From a virus, in the UHGV virus genome UHGV-0130462: a DNA stretch of 38,884 nt; one strand, written 5' to 3'. Each line of letters starts with the position of its first letter. The first letter of the stretch is position 1. The translations under genes were made by a program, and so were the position numbers. This document shows, in pieces, positions 8,138 through 18,360 of this stretch. The notes below the pieces were generated by a model, which worked only from the letters and a program-made list of their open reading frames with translations, had not been told where the DNA came from and made no database searches.

Positions 8138-10354
8138 TTAGTTCCTGACTTCTGCTTGCGTTCCAGCACTTAAACTTTGTGAGATTGTAGAGACTGCCTT
8201 TTCGAACTTGCTTGTTCCTGCTGGAGTTCCTGCTAATCTCATCACCGCCTCTCTAACTGGTTTACTTTCATAAATGCGAGCTAGTGCACCATAAGTTCCA
8301 GCACCAATTGCGGTTGATGGTTTTATGGCTGCGCCTAGGCCAAGTATGAACGGAATTGCTTGCTGACCAGTCGGCGTTGTGACACCTGCTTTTGCGGCTT
8401 GTTTGGTTGCTTCTAAATACTTCTTCAAGCCATTTATATAAATAGCATCTTGACCTCTAAATGCTATCCCTGTTTGGTTTGACATGATATTTAGTTGCCT
8501 CAAGAACTGATCGGGAGAATCACCAGCTTTCTCAATCGCCTTACCAATAATGGCATTCCTCATTTGAGCGCGACCACGAGTGTCAACTGAGTTATATAAA
8601 CTCCTAATTTCAGATTTGTTTTTGCTAAATAAAATATTGTTAACCACCTCTGGCGTTAAATCACCTTTGGTTAAGATGCTCTTCAATCGAGTATTTAATA
8701 TTTTATTTGCTTCATCTGCATAGATAGCATTGGCTTGGTTATATTTGCGTAAAGCATCAGCACCTAAGTTTGATGATATTGCATCACTAGCGTCATCAGA
8801 CATGGCTTTATAAACTCTATTTATCGCAGCATCAGAGCGATTAGGCATAGCCATTCTCTCACCCTTGACGTCTTGTCTAAATTGGGTTCTTAAGTCTCTT
8901 AGTTGAGAAATATCAACGTTACCAGATGCAAGCTCATTCCTGTAAGACTGCAATTTTGAGATGGTCTGTGTGTCAGCAACCTCACCAAGTTTAGATAATT
9001 TAGAGATTTCGCTATCAATCTGATTTATTGCTCGGTTAGGTGTGATAGGCACACCAGATAACGCATTCTGGATTGACTCTAACCTTTCGCCAGCCGCCTG
9101 TTTTATTGTTGATGTTTTTCGCTTTAAACTCTCAACAACTTGGCTAGGATCGTACTCTCCAAACCTGTCTGCGAAATCACGAACAAGTTTACTCCTCGCC
9201 TCTTGTTGGTTTGAACGCAAACCTGCCGTACCAGCAAAAGGTATGTTTTCAGCAGCCCCTTGAGCTAACCTTCCAGTTTTTGATTGCGGAGGTACAACGT
9301 CAGTTGTGTATAAAGGAACATTATTCTGCTTAGCGAATTCTGACAGCTCAGATGCCTCTTGCGTTGGTTTTCCGGTTGCCACCCGATAACCACTATTAAT
9401 AAGCTTCTCCGCCGCTTTAAACCCACCTCCAAGCCCTGCTGATAATGCTGTTTGTAGCGGGTTAATATCGCTACCGCCCGCCATATTAACGGACGATTGT
9501 AGAGCCAAGTCTGTACCTGCTGATTTCGCAGTGGCACCTAGTACAGTTGATGCTCTTCCCGCTGGAGTAAATGCGGCCGCGTTCGCTATAAATGGCATGA
9601 TATCTTCAGCTGATAGACCAGGCTTATTTAATGCATATCGGCCAGATGGTAAGTCAACTAACAGGTTCCCCTTTTCATCTTGAGATACCTTGCCTCCCAT
9701 ATTCCCGATCACTTTTACAAAGTCGTTGTCGTTGCCGAACATTTGTACCCAAGCCGCTTTCATTGCGTCAGTATTGAATGCATTCATTTCTGGCGAAGAC
9801 ATGATCCCTTCTAGCCCTTGGACTTCAGGAGTCATCTTGCTTTCACCAGTGAAGGCATCTATTACGTTTTCACGGAAACTTTTGGCGTCCTCAGACGATT
9901 GCTGTAACCCTTGAGAAAGATTCTGGTTGGTTTGCTTCATGCCGGCGATATAACTATTTTCTGGCTGTGCTGGTTGAGTGCCTTGTTCTTGTTGTGCCGA
10001 TGCGTCGAACTGATCAAAAAAATTCCTTACTTGCGGTAGGTATTCTTCTGCTTGTTGATTATGTAAGCTTTCGGCATAAGCTGTAGCGTCTTCTGGTGTT
10101 GAAAACATACCTAAGTGCTTACCTGTTCTTAGGTAGTTATCAATAGCTTCGTCGTCAGACATGATCCTGCCATCATCACTAACTGTGGGTATTAACACCT
10201 CCATTCCATCAATGTTTGCCGACAAACTCCTAACGGTACTTATGCTACCGTCTTCATTTTTCACCACTGGCCGATTATGAATATCAATATTACCTTTCTC
10301 AATCATACCATTAGGTAATTTTTGCTCATCAAATTGATCAAAGAAATTAGCCAT
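8138..10354 (-). CDS. internal virion / DNA-ejection protein (P22 gp16 position), 738 aa
   Basis: Position and size in the conserved P22-like order gp7-gp20-gp16 upstream of tailspike. Confidence 0.5.
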   Translation of the reverse strand: MANFFDQFDEQKLPNGMIEKGNIDIHNRPVVKNEDGSISTVRSLSANIDGMEVLIPTVSDDGRIMSDDEAIDNYLRTGKHLGMFSTPEDATAYAESLHNQQAEEYLPQVRNFFDQFDASAQQEQGTQPAQPENSYIAGMKQTNQNLSQGLQQSSEDAKSFRENVIDAFTGESKMTPEVQGLEGIMSSPEMNAFNTDAMKAAWVQMFGNDNDFVKVIGNMGGKVSQDEKGNLLVDLPSGRYALNKPGLSAEDIMPFIANAAAFTPAGRASTVLGATAKSAGTDLALQSSVNMAGGSDINPLQTALSAGLGGGFKAAEKLINSGYRVATGKPTQEASELSEFAKQNNVPLYTTDVVPPQSKTGRLAQGAAENIPFAGTAGLRSNQQEARSKLVRDFADRFGEYDPSQVVESLKRKTSTIKQAAGERLESIQNALSGVPITPNRAINQIDSEISKLSKLGEVADTQTISKLQSYRNELASGNVDISQLRDLRTQFRQDVKGERMAMPNRSDAAINRVYKAMSDDASDAISSNLGADALRKYNQANAIYADEANKILNTRLKSILTKGDLTPEVVNNILFSKNKSEIRSLYNSVDTRGRAQMRNAIIGKAIEKAGDSPDQFLRQLNIMSNQTGIAFRGQDAIYINGLKKYLEATKQAAKAGVTTPTGQQAIPFILGLGAAIKPSTAIGAGTYGALARIYESKPVREAVMRLAGTPAGTSKFEKAVSTISQSLSAGTQAEVRN

Positions 10355-10364
10355 GTAATTATCC

Positions 10365-11846
10365 TTATGGTAGATATCCGTATTTAGCTTTGAATTGAGA
10401 TGCTAATGATGGATCTTGCTTTAATGCTTGAATCGCCGCTTGAGGGGCTTGTTGCTTTGGTTTCTGGCTTGATGGTGCACCTAGATTGGCGTTATTCCTT
10501 GAATTAAATGCCTTCGTGTATTGGTCAATTATTTTCACTGAATTCTGCAATGCTTCAGGGCTGGAATAATCAAGCTGTGGCATTGACTGGAAGAACATTT
10601 TTGCTTCTGCAACCGTATTAATCCCACTAGCCCCCATCTCTCTAGCTGCACTAATACCTTGATTTTGCATGTTACCCTGTATACGTTGAGCGGCATTATA
10701 TAAAGATCGCGCCTCTTTATTCACCGTCCTAGTTCCTGCGTCAGCTGTTATAGGTGTTGTTCCTGTTCCTCCAGTAATACCAGTAATGGCATTTAATTGG
10801 GAAATAGGCGCGTTTGCTATTAAAGATAAATCCTCATTCATGCGTGTAGTTGATGCATTATTTGCTGTAGACGACACACTTGATAAAGCATTGACAGGAA
10901 TGGTTACTACATTACCGTTAGCGTCGAAACCCTTGTAATACTTGGAATCTCCTGCGCCTTGAGCTTTAGGGTCAATCATTACAGTTTGCCCGTTGGATAA
11001 CTGAGCCTGTTGTAATTCACTCTCTCCCCTACCTTTTAACGCTAAAAACTGCTTACGTTGCTCAGGGGTAAGCGATGCCATGTACTCGTACTCTTGCACA
11101 GATGCAGGCTTGCTTCCTGAAGAGTTAGCAGATCTAATAGAGTTTTGAGCGGAGATATTTTGTCCTCTAATTTGTATTTGATGACCTTCTCGCGTCAACG
11201 CTTCACTGGCTTGATTACTACGCACTGTCTCGGAAAGTTTATCTCTATCAATAGAACGACCTTCGATTTTATCCTGAACATCAAAATACTTATCAGGGCC
11301 TAATGCCGACATGCCGATATGGTCAGCTAACTCTATAGCCCCTTTTGGGTTTTCATTTGCCATTGCCAGAGCCTGCTGAGGGTCAATACCTAATCGTCTT
11401 AACTCATCAGCGTTTTTACGGATGTAATCAGTAGTATTACCACTATTAATAGCTATCCGGTAGCCAGATGCTATGTTTCCTAAAGATTCCCTGACGTCCT
11501 CTGATATTCCCTGCATACCTGAGGTTATTTTCTCAGCCTGATCTGGATATGTAGCCATCAACTGCCTCATAGCGTCTCTATCTCCAGATGCGTACGCCTT
11601 ACCCCACAAAGATTGGAATTCTCTATCTCTTTCCTGAGCTTGCTGTTGCTTGTACATTTCACCAAGTCCACCAAGCCCTTGAGCTAACTGCAACCCGATA
11701 TTATTAGCTCCAGACCGTTGCAGGTCATTATTTTCTCGGATCATAGCAAGAGTTGCGTTTGCGTCACTTGCTTTGGGGGCATTAGTATTATTTAAACCAA
11801 TACCGCCAAGAAATCCCCCTGATCCTTGCTGGTTCCATGTAGCCAT
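10365..11846 (-). CDS. DNA-ejection protein (P22 gp20 position)
   Basis: Synteny; 493 aa, close to the gp20 size. Confidence 0.5.
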   Translation of the reverse strand: MATWNQQGSGGFLGGIGLNNTNAPKASDANATLAMIRENNDLQRSGANNIGLQLAQGLGGLGEMYKQQQAQERDREFQSLWGKAYASGDRDAMRQLMATYPDQAEKITSGMQGISEDVRESLGNIASGYRIAINSGNTTDYIRKNADELRRLGIDPQQALAMANENPKGAIELADHIGMSALGPDKYFDVQDKIEGRSIDRDKLSETVRSNQASEALTREGHQIQIRGQNISAQNSIRSANSSGSKPASVQEYEYMASLTPEQRKQFLALKGRGESELQQAQLSNGQTVMIDPKAQGAGDSKYYKGFDANGNVVTIPVNALSSVSSTANNASTTRMNEDLSLIANAPISQLNAITGITGGTGTTPITADAGTRTVNKEARSLYNAAQRIQGNMQNQGISAAREMGASGINTVAEAKMFFQSMPQLDYSSPEALQNSVKIIDQYTKAFNSRNNANLGAPSSQKPKQQAPQAAIQALKQDPSLASQFKAKYGYLP

Positions 11847-11855
11847 ATCATCACC

Positions 11856-12512
11856 TTAAAATAATGAACCAAGAACACCAAGACCACCACCTATCGCAGC
11901 ACCCCATGGACCACCAATAGCCATGCCGGCAGTAGCACCACCTAATCCACCCATAATCCCTTGTTGCATAGATGAAGGTCGGTTAGCCATAGCCGCTTGA
12001 GCAGCTGCATTCTGTTGTAGTAACTGCCCTGTATTATTGGCGTAACTCTGACCTGCGTTTGCCTGACCTTGTAATGCTCCTAGACCAATATTCGCCAAAT
12101 TCTGATAGTTGTTCATTTGATCAGAAAGCCAGCTTTGTCCTAACATTGGCGCGATAGAAGCAAGCTGATTACTTGTCGCAGTGGAACCAAGTCCACCCAT
12201 AGCTTCTGCACCTGCTAACTGCTGGTATCTGGCTTGGTTTGCTAAATCATTAAACTGTTGAGAGTTGTAGTATTGGTTTAGTGCGTTTCCTTGTCCCTCT
12301 AATGTTGACAGGTTTTGCATTTGTCCAACGTACTGTTGCGCCATAGGTGTAAAAGGCGCCAAGTTATTCATGGTGGTTTGCCATATTTCACGCTGTAACG
12401 CTGTAGCTTCACGAGTCGCATCAGCTTGAGCACCTGCACCACCATCACCACCACCTTTCATCAGACCTGACATTGGTAGCGTTTTATTTTCAATCCATCT
12501 GATTATTGACAT
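11856..12512 (-). CDS. DNA-ejection protein (P22 gp7 position), Gly/Gln/Ala-rich
   Basis: Synteny; 218 aa low-complexity protein typical of ejection proteins. Confidence 0.5.
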   Translation of the reverse strand: MSIIRWIENKTLPMSGLMKGGGDGGAGAQADATREATALQREIWQTTMNNLAPFTPMAQQYVGQMQNLSTLEGQGNALNQYYNSQQFNDLANQARYQQLAGAEAMGGLGSTATSNQLASIAPMLGQSWLSDQMNNYQNLANIGLGALQGQANAGQSYANNTGQLLQQNAAAQAAMANRPSSMQQGIMGGLGGATAGMAIGGPWGAAIGGGLGVLGSLF

Positions 12513-12967
12513 TTCAATAACTCCTCATATTGAGAGCGTTTTAATTGATACATCGTTATACCAACAGGCTTACCGTTACTAATGTATGCATCATCTAAAT
12601 GACCGACACGAGTAGCACCAAGCATTTTCACAATAACGCGACCATATTTTGTGGTATCAGGAACCATAGTTACCGAGTTAGTGAATTGACTATTTTCCAG
12701 TAACCACTTGCAGAATAATTTGTGTGCATCAAAGGCGTACTTGCCACGGAATCCAGTATCAAATATGGCGTGACACTCAACAACTGTATGCCAGAAGTTA
12801 CGCACCTCGAAAACACCAACCAACAGAACTCCTTCATAAATACCTAAGTAAAGCGCATCAGGTTTAATGAAATACTGATCATTACTATCAACGATATTTC
12901 CCGTGTTCGACTTATCATTTAAAAACTCAGATAGTCGAATAGGATTATCAATAATTTTAATTTCCAT
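12503..12967 (-). CDS. P22 gp14-position virion assembly / ejection-associated protein
   Basis: Synteny between the tail needle and ejection genes; 154 aa. Confidence 0.45.
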   Translation of the reverse strand: MEIKIIDNPIRLSEFLNDKSNTGNIVDSNDQYFIKPDALYLGIYEGVLLVGVFEVRNFWHTVVECHAIFDTGFRGKYAFDAHKLFCKWLLENSQFTNSVTMVPDTTKYGRVIVKMLGATRVGHLDDAYISNGKPVGITMYQLKRSQYEELLKCQ

Positions 12968-13665
12968 TAGTCTATTAATCCGTGTGAGCGAAGTGCATCT
13001 TCAAGCGCCTTGATTCTCTGTCTAGCCTCAATTAACCCATTTGCTAGGGTTTGCATTTCTGATCGAGTGTAATCAGCACTGAATGAGTAGGATTGGTTAG
13101 CGTTAAACGAACCCTTAAATTCCGTACCCGTTGCTGATGTAAAGCCAGTAACACGAGAGCCAACAACTTTAGTTCCGTTTACTGAGTAGGATGTTGAAAC
13201 ATCGATGGGCGATAAAAGCTTTTGTTTTTCTGTTTTACTGAGAGAAACGTAATCAACTTTGATTTCAGATATTTGACCATCGAGGTCTTGTATCTTTATT
13301 TTCAGCCCATCAATGTCTTGCTCAACATTAAGGACTCTTACCTCTAACTTAGATAAATCCTCTTCCGTTTTCGTTATCCGCTCTTCATGATTTGCTAATT
13401 GATTGCCATGTAGAATAATAGTCTGCTCAGCATCACCAAGTCTTTCCTCATGATCATCTAGAATAATGTCTTGTTCATCATTTTTAACTTGAGCATCGAG
13501 CGCTTCTACGCCAGCCTCATTTGCACGACCAGCCACCTTTGCCATATCATCAGCGCCACTCAACACTATACGTCGATAGGCTTCGCTAAAGTTAGAAGGC
13601 AGTATGTCTGGAATAATATAAGCGGATTGGATTTCTATTGGCTTAGAAAGGTTTTCATTTGCCAT
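12967..13665 (-). CDS. tail needle protein (P22 gp26 homolog)
   Basis: Strong similarity along the length to P22 gp26 as recalled (…AQVKNDEQD… …SYSV.G.KVVG… …EDALR.HGLID at the C-terminus); coiled-coil heptads. Confidence 0.9.
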   Translation of the reverse strand: MANENLSKPIEIQSAYIIPDILPSNFSEAYRRIVLSGADDMAKVAGRANEAGVEALDAQVKNDEQDIILDDHEERLGDAEQTIILHGNQLANHEERITKTEEDLSKLEVRVLNVEQDIDGLKIKIQDLDGQISEIKVDYVSLSKTEKQKLLSPIDVSTSYSVNGTKVVGSRVTGFTSATGTEFKGSFNANQSYSFSADYTRSEMQTLANGLIEARQRIKALEDALRSHGLID

Positions 13666-15446
13666 TATTCAACCCTCATAGATAGATCGCTCAGTGTTAC
13701 AGGTGACTTAGTGATAACGCGAACCTTAAATCCTATATTCTTCCTCACTCTTCCTACTCTTCGCCACAAAACACGGCGGTCATATTGGAATGGTGAGTTC
13801 TGTTCAATCATTTGCTCTCGACCAAAATTAATGCCATCAGCCGTTGCCGACAAAAATAAACGATCAGCAATTTGAGCGACGCCTGTTGATGCCTCAAGCT
13901 CTAAATCGAACACCCTTGCGTTATCGGCTTTAGCCATGGGCGTATATAAGATATGCTCCACCTGCTTGTCGTACTGAGATGATTTATTGAAAGCAAGATT
14001 ACCAATAACTCCCTCATTCTTATCCGCGACAGTGATCTGATTACCTTCGTACATAAAATCAATTGCACGATAGGTTTCTTCATACAGTCCAGACTTTAGA
14101 ATGCACCACTGCGGATATTGCTGGCTTCCTGCTGCATCAAAGCAAAGTGTATGGCGCTGTAAGTGAACAATGAGTAACTCATGACCATCAAAGCGAATAG
14201 CCTCAAGAACCGCATGTGATAACTCGTATGACGTATAGCTACGAATGATCTTATCAATACTTGCTGTGGAAATTTGGCTAGCCGTTCCAGCACCAAGAAT
14301 ATAAATAGAAGGCGCGCCGTTTGCAGGGTTACTGATGAATGCGAATGATTCTCCAAACTTACACTTAGCATCACGACCAGCAATGCCCATCTGAACAAAA
14401 TAAGATGGTTGTGGCGCATATATTACTTGTGACGCGTTTGTTGATCCGGTAATGGTAAAGTATTCGATAGTTGACGAACCAAAGCAAAGCACCATATCAC
14501 GCCAAGAGGCAATGGCGATTATGCCGTCAGGTTGAGATTCAGCAGTGTAAAATGGACGATAACGATCAGGTTTAGACTCATCTTCTAAGTCAGTAACTCC
14601 GAACCTTTCACCTCCTTTCTGTAACCAAATATAACGCCCTCGGTTACGAGCAACATCAACAACATCACCTAATTCGTATTGAGGGTATCTCTCAACTACC
14701 TCTAGCGCCTCTTGCGTCATTATAAATTCAGTAACGTCTTTGGCTGTTTGCTCGCTAGATTTGGCAAGGTTCATTTTATACGTGACTGTAATTTTACCAC
14801 CTGCGCGCTTAACACCTTCTACCAGAACATCAGTAAGATAAGGTTTATCATCTTCTTCCTGCTGAGATAATTTAACGCCCACCATTTGCTCAGTGATAAG
14901 CATCTCATTACCGGTTTTACCATCAGAAGTTTTAGGCGTGATTTTTAACGTTAAGAACCCATCCAGATCACCCTTTGTGAGTGGCACAAAATCATCATTG
15001 CCGTCTTTGTGAGTCCATTTTTTAACGTCGCGTTTATACCCTTCGGTAATTACCTTTTCTTCAGGCCAGTTAGATAATTCCTTAACCTCACCGTCATAGC
15101 GATAGAGTTTTAACTTACCGCCTGACGCCACTGCTTGACTGTAACCCGAGTGCGCCATGGTAACCCTGTCTTTACCTTGAATGTCAGCAATAGCATTCTG
15201 TCCACGATAAAGTTTATTTCCACACACGCGATAGACCGTGTTGTTTTTCGTGTTGTACTGGACACCACGAGATACACCATCAACACTATGACGCTTTTCT
15301 AATGCAGGGAACGAACGCAAATAACCGGACGCATTCAATACTTCTTTCGGTGTGGCCAACATATTAACTGGAAGACCATCAATATAATCTGCTGTATGCG
15401 GGTCTTTTCGCAAACCTCTAGCAAGAGGTATTTGGATCCTTGGCAT
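13665..15446 (-). CDS. tail hub protein (P22 gp10 homolog) with an apparent internal insertion
   Basis: N- and C-terminal thirds track P22 gp10 motifs (ADYIDGLPVNMLATPKE..., ...GINFGREQMIEQN...RVITKSPVTLS); the protein is about 120 aa longer than recalled for gp10. Confidence 0.85.
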   Translation of the reverse strand: MPRIQIPLARGLRKDPHTADYIDGLPVNMLATPKEVLNASGYLRSFPALEKRHSVDGVSRGVQYNTKNNTVYRVCGNKLYRGQNAIADIQGKDRVTMAHSGYSQAVASGGKLKLYRYDGEVKELSNWPEEKVITEGYKRDVKKWTHKDGNDDFVPLTKGDLDGFLTLKITPKTSDGKTGNEMLITEQMVGVKLSQQEEDDKPYLTDVLVEGVKRAGGKITVTYKMNLAKSSEQTAKDVTEFIMTQEALEVVERYPQYELGDVVDVARNRGRYIWLQKGGERFGVTDLEDESKPDRYRPFYTAESQPDGIIAIASWRDMVLCFGSSTIEYFTITGSTNASQVIYAPQPSYFVQMGIAGRDAKCKFGESFAFISNPANGAPSIYILGAGTASQISTASIDKIIRSYTSYELSHAVLEAIRFDGHELLIVHLQRHTLCFDAAGSQQYPQWCILKSGLYEETYRAIDFMYEGNQITVADKNEGVIGNLAFNKSSQYDKQVEHILYTPMAKADNARVFDLELEASTGVAQIADRLFLSATADGINFGREQMIEQNSPFQYDRRVLWRRVGRVRKNIGFKVRVITKSPVTLSDLSMRVE

Positions 15447-15915
15447 GTGGTTTTCTCCTGTGGAAGTATCGCTGACCAGTCATCGTTAATAATCGATTAC
15501 CTGAGCCAATAGGGAAACCATCGGGATGATGAGATCTGGCATTTTTAGCTCTCTTTAAAGCACAGCTTCGCATGAGTCTTTCTTTGCCATATCTAGCAGT
15601 TGTAATGACCTTATCAAGCGGGGCAATTTGGTAATCAGGTGCAATGCGAGTAGCTAAGTTGTAGATAACTGCGTTAATGGCTTGTTTGTTTAACCCGTGT
15701 TCATCACCTTGATCGATAGGAGTGTCTTCATCAGCGAACTTATAGCCAGTATGAATTCCTGCACCATCTTCAAACCATTCGTACATCATTGATTCTAAAT
15801 CAACCACGCCATCTTCTAATGACTGAGGCTCGATATCGGTTAATGTAGCATCGGAAGCAACGCCTAATTTACGTAACGCCGCTACAACTAACTCACCCTT
15901 CGTTGTTATCTGCAT
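15418..15915 (-). CDS. head-completion / tail accessory protein (P22 gp4 homolog)
   Basis: MQITTKGELVVAALRKLGVASDATLTDIEPQS... closely matches the P22 gp4 N-terminus. Confidence 0.9.
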   Translation of the reverse strand: MQITTKGELVVAALRKLGVASDATLTDIEPQSLEDGVVDLESMMYEWFEDGAGIHTGYKFADEDTPIDQGDEHGLNKQAINAVIYNLATRIAPDYQIAPLDKVITTARYGKERLMRSCALKRAKNARSHHPDGFPIGSGNRLLTMTGQRYFHRRKPHAKDPNTSC

Positions 15916-16096
15916 CTTTCACCGCCTTTTTCTTGGTAGCGGGTTTATCTTCAGTCTTCTTCTTGGTGTCGTTTGGATTTTTACACCAGCCATCTTTCAA
16001 ATAACTTTCAAGTTCATCATCGTTGACAGTAATAATTTGAAGGTTCATACCCCAAATTTTCACATCACCATTAGCTTTATAAAGCATCGTTTTCAT
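15893..16096 (-). CDS. hypothetical small protein downstream of coat
   Basis: ORF track 15893..16141, but the first 13 codons are encoded by the coat terminator hairpin; GGAG sits 6 nt upstream of ATG 16096, the likely start. Confidence 0.4.
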   Translation of the reverse strand: MKTMLYKANGDVKIWGMNLQIITVNDDELESYLKDGWCKNPNDTKKKTEDKPATKKKAVKDADNNEG

Positions 16097-16109
16097 TGTC
16101 ATCTCCAAT

Positions 16110-16132
16110 AAAAAAAGGGAGCCGAAGCTCCC
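16110..16132 (-). terminator. strong rho-independent terminator immediately downstream of the coat gene
   Basis: Minus-strand RNA: GGGAGC-UUCG-GCUCCC (perfect 6-bp stem, UUCG tetraloop) followed by U7. Confidence 0.65.
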
Positions 16133-16148
16133 GAATAACAACGAGGGT

Positions 16149-17432
16149 TTATTTTTGACCTGTCAGCCCAACACCAACTGCTTCAGGTCGTTTGGTACAT
16201 GCAGAATACCAAACGGCAATACGGCATTTGCCTTCCAGTGTTGAAATATCACCCTGATATGCAACAACGCCATTTAAACCAACAGAAGGAATGTTAAACG
16301 CCTCTGTCTTCATACCACTAAACAGCGCATGGTTAAGCGGGATAGGTTGGGATAGCAGAGTAATTGAATCATCAGCCCAGAAGATGTTTGTCTTAGACGT
16401 TTTCACGTTAAGAACATTAATTGCAGCGCCATTTGCAAGAGATGTATTCACGTTGGCATATGCGCGTTGCTCTGGTTTTAAATCTGTATCATCAAGTGCA
16501 ATCGGCTTAGGCATAATAGTAATGTTGTTACCTTCAACACCAACAACAGCAAATGTTGCATCCTGAGTAAGTAAGTCTTTCGCCATTTGCGAGATGAACT
16601 TAACACCAGCAAAACTGATCTTATCACCGCGTTTAAATGCTGAACCGTCACTAACTTTAACTACTGCTGTGCGGTTATCAACGTTTTCACGATTTCCGTC
16701 AACATCTTCTTTCCATGCTTCAGGCTTGAACTTCTGCGCACCATCAACTGTAACACCAGTTGCTGTTCCAGCGGTTAGAGTTGGAAGCTTAGGTGAGCGA
16801 AGAACATCTTCAAACCCAGCAACTTGCTTTTGAATTGTTCCTGACTTGTAAGCCTCTTCCTGAATGCGTCCGTATAAGTCTTTACCTACCAGATTATACC
16901 CAGCCTTCAGGTAGTCATCTGGGTTAAAGAAATAACTAAGACCTTGGTTGCGGTTCAGCTCGCGTGAGAACATAAGAGACTCTGCTTGAGACACAAACCC
17001 CCAAGAATCTGCACCATTAGATAGATCACCTGCATCAGCAACAACTAAAGATGCCGTGTCTGCTGCTTGTTTTGCAATGGACGTCTCAACGTTGTTAGCC
17101 AGCTTTAACCCAGATGCACGAATACGACGACGTAAAGACGTTTCGTCACGAACATCATCAGCACGTAAACCGAAGAAATCGTTATCAGGAACGCCCATGT
17201 TACATTTAACAGACAATTCCAAGATACCGGTTTCTTTATCTGTTAAATCCCAGCCTTTCTGCGTTGGCGCTTCTTGCTCTACTGGCATCCAGAAAGTATT
17301 TTGAGAGCGCTGCATATCGCCAGCAGGCGGCGTATATTTACCTACACGCTGAGCCATTGGACAGTTATTTTCGATAGTGTTTACTACTTCATCCACCATA
17401 TAGGTGATGATTTGACCTTCATTTAAAGCCAT
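16149..17432 (-). CDS. major coat protein (P22 gp5 homolog)
   Basis: MALNEGQI... and extensive similarity to P22 coat protein throughout (…[11 protein letters not shown]…, …SQPIP.NH.LF.GMKT…). Confidence 0.95.
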   Translation of the reverse strand: MALNEGQIITYMVDEVVNTIENNCPMAQRVGKYTPPAGDMQRSQNTFWMPVEQEAPTQKGWDLTDKETGILELSVKCNMGVPDNDFFGLRADDVRDETSLRRRIRASGLKLANNVETSIAKQAADTASLVVADAGDLSNGADSWGFVSQAESLMFSRELNRNQGLSYFFNPDDYLKAGYNLVGKDLYGRIQEEAYKSGTIQKQVAGFEDVLRSPKLPTLTAGTATGVTVDGAQKFKPEAWKEDVDGNRENVDNRTAVVKVSDGSAFKRGDKISFAGVKFISQMAKDLLTQDATFAVVGVEGNNITIMPKPIALDDTDLKPEQRAYANVNTSLANGAAINVLNVKTSKTNIFWADDSITLLSQPIPLNHALFSGMKTEAFNIPSVGLNGVVAYQGDISTLEGKCRIAVWYSACTKRPEAVGVGLTGQK

Positions 17433-18346
17433 TATTTTATTCCTTGTAATTTAGCCTTGATTGCGCGGTACTTTTGAACATCACCTTTACTTGCTGCATC
17501 ATCCATTTGCTTTTGTAATGCCGCGACATTTGCCGCTGTAACATCACCGCTAATTGGTTCGTCGGCAGGTGGAGCTGATGAACGTTGTGTACCGCGAGGC
17601 TTGAGAGTTAAACGATCAGCTAATCGAGTGAGTTCGATAGTGACTTGAACTGGGTTTTTGCTAAATAAATCTTTGGCTTTTTCTGGGTTTGCACCTAGGT
17701 AGTAAATGATAGCGGCTGATTTTTCGGGAAAGTTCTGCGCGATACCCTCATAAACACCTTGAGGTAATACTTGCAACGCTGAATCTTCCTTTTCCTGATA
17801 GTCAGGCAAGTTTAACTTCTCAGCCGCATCATAATGAGCCTTGATTGCATTAGCGATTTGTTGACCTTGCTGTGTGTATTCCTGAGTTTTACGACCCTGA
17901 TCCGCCACAGCTTTACTTCTTGCGTCCAAAGCCTTGTTTTGCCATTTCAGCAACTCAGCCTGAAACGCAGCGCTAGCCTTATGTGTGTCATAGTCATATT
18001 TACCGAGCACCTCCTCAGATAAAAAATCATCCAGCTTAGGCATTTCTGGTAGCTCAGGATTTACCCGCAAGTCTTCAGGAAGTTCGCCATTTTCAATTGC
18101 TGCTATCTGTTGCTCAATTTCTCGCTGGCGTTTACGAGCGATGCGTTTCGCTGCTTGGATAGCATTATTGCTTGGCTTTCCTTCCTGTGGTTTCTCATCG
18201 TCTTTCAGGACAATCTCGAAGCCTTCCTCCTGTCCTGCTGCTGAGTTGGCATTTTCAGCAGACTGACTTTCTACGGATGCCGCCGCCTGATCGTCGGACA
18301 AGTTTAATTCTTCAGAGTTATTCTGAATTTCGGTGGTTGTACTCAT
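17432..18346 (-). CDS. scaffolding protein (P22 gp8 position)
   Basis: Synteny between portal and coat; 304 aa, acidic and helical, basic C-terminus. Confidence 0.7.
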   Translation of the reverse strand: MSTTTEIQNNSEELNLSDDQAAASVESQSAENANSAAGQEEGFEIVLKDDEKPQEGKPSNNAIQAAKRIARKRQREIEQQIAAIENGELPEDLRVNPELPEMPKLDDFLSEEVLGKYDYDTHKASAAFQAELLKWQNKALDARSKAVADQGRKTQEYTQQGQQIANAIKAHYDAAEKLNLPDYQEKEDSALQVLPQGVYEGIAQNFPEKSAAIIYYLGANPEKAKDLFSKNPVQVTIELTRLADRLTLKPRGTQRSSAPPADEPISGDVTAANVAALQKQMDDAASKGDVQKYRAIKAKLQGIK

Positions 18347-18360
18347 GATATTTAACTCTC

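Noticed and set aside
9042-9914. ORFs 9042..9263 (+), 9265..9537 (-), 9690..9914 (+) within the gp16-position gene
   Set aside because: Alternative or antisense frames inside a 738-aa continuous ORF.
16291-17304. Plus-strand ORFs (16291..16566, 16594..16833, 17056..17304) inside the coat gene
   Set aside because: Coat protein homology on the minus strand is unambiguous.
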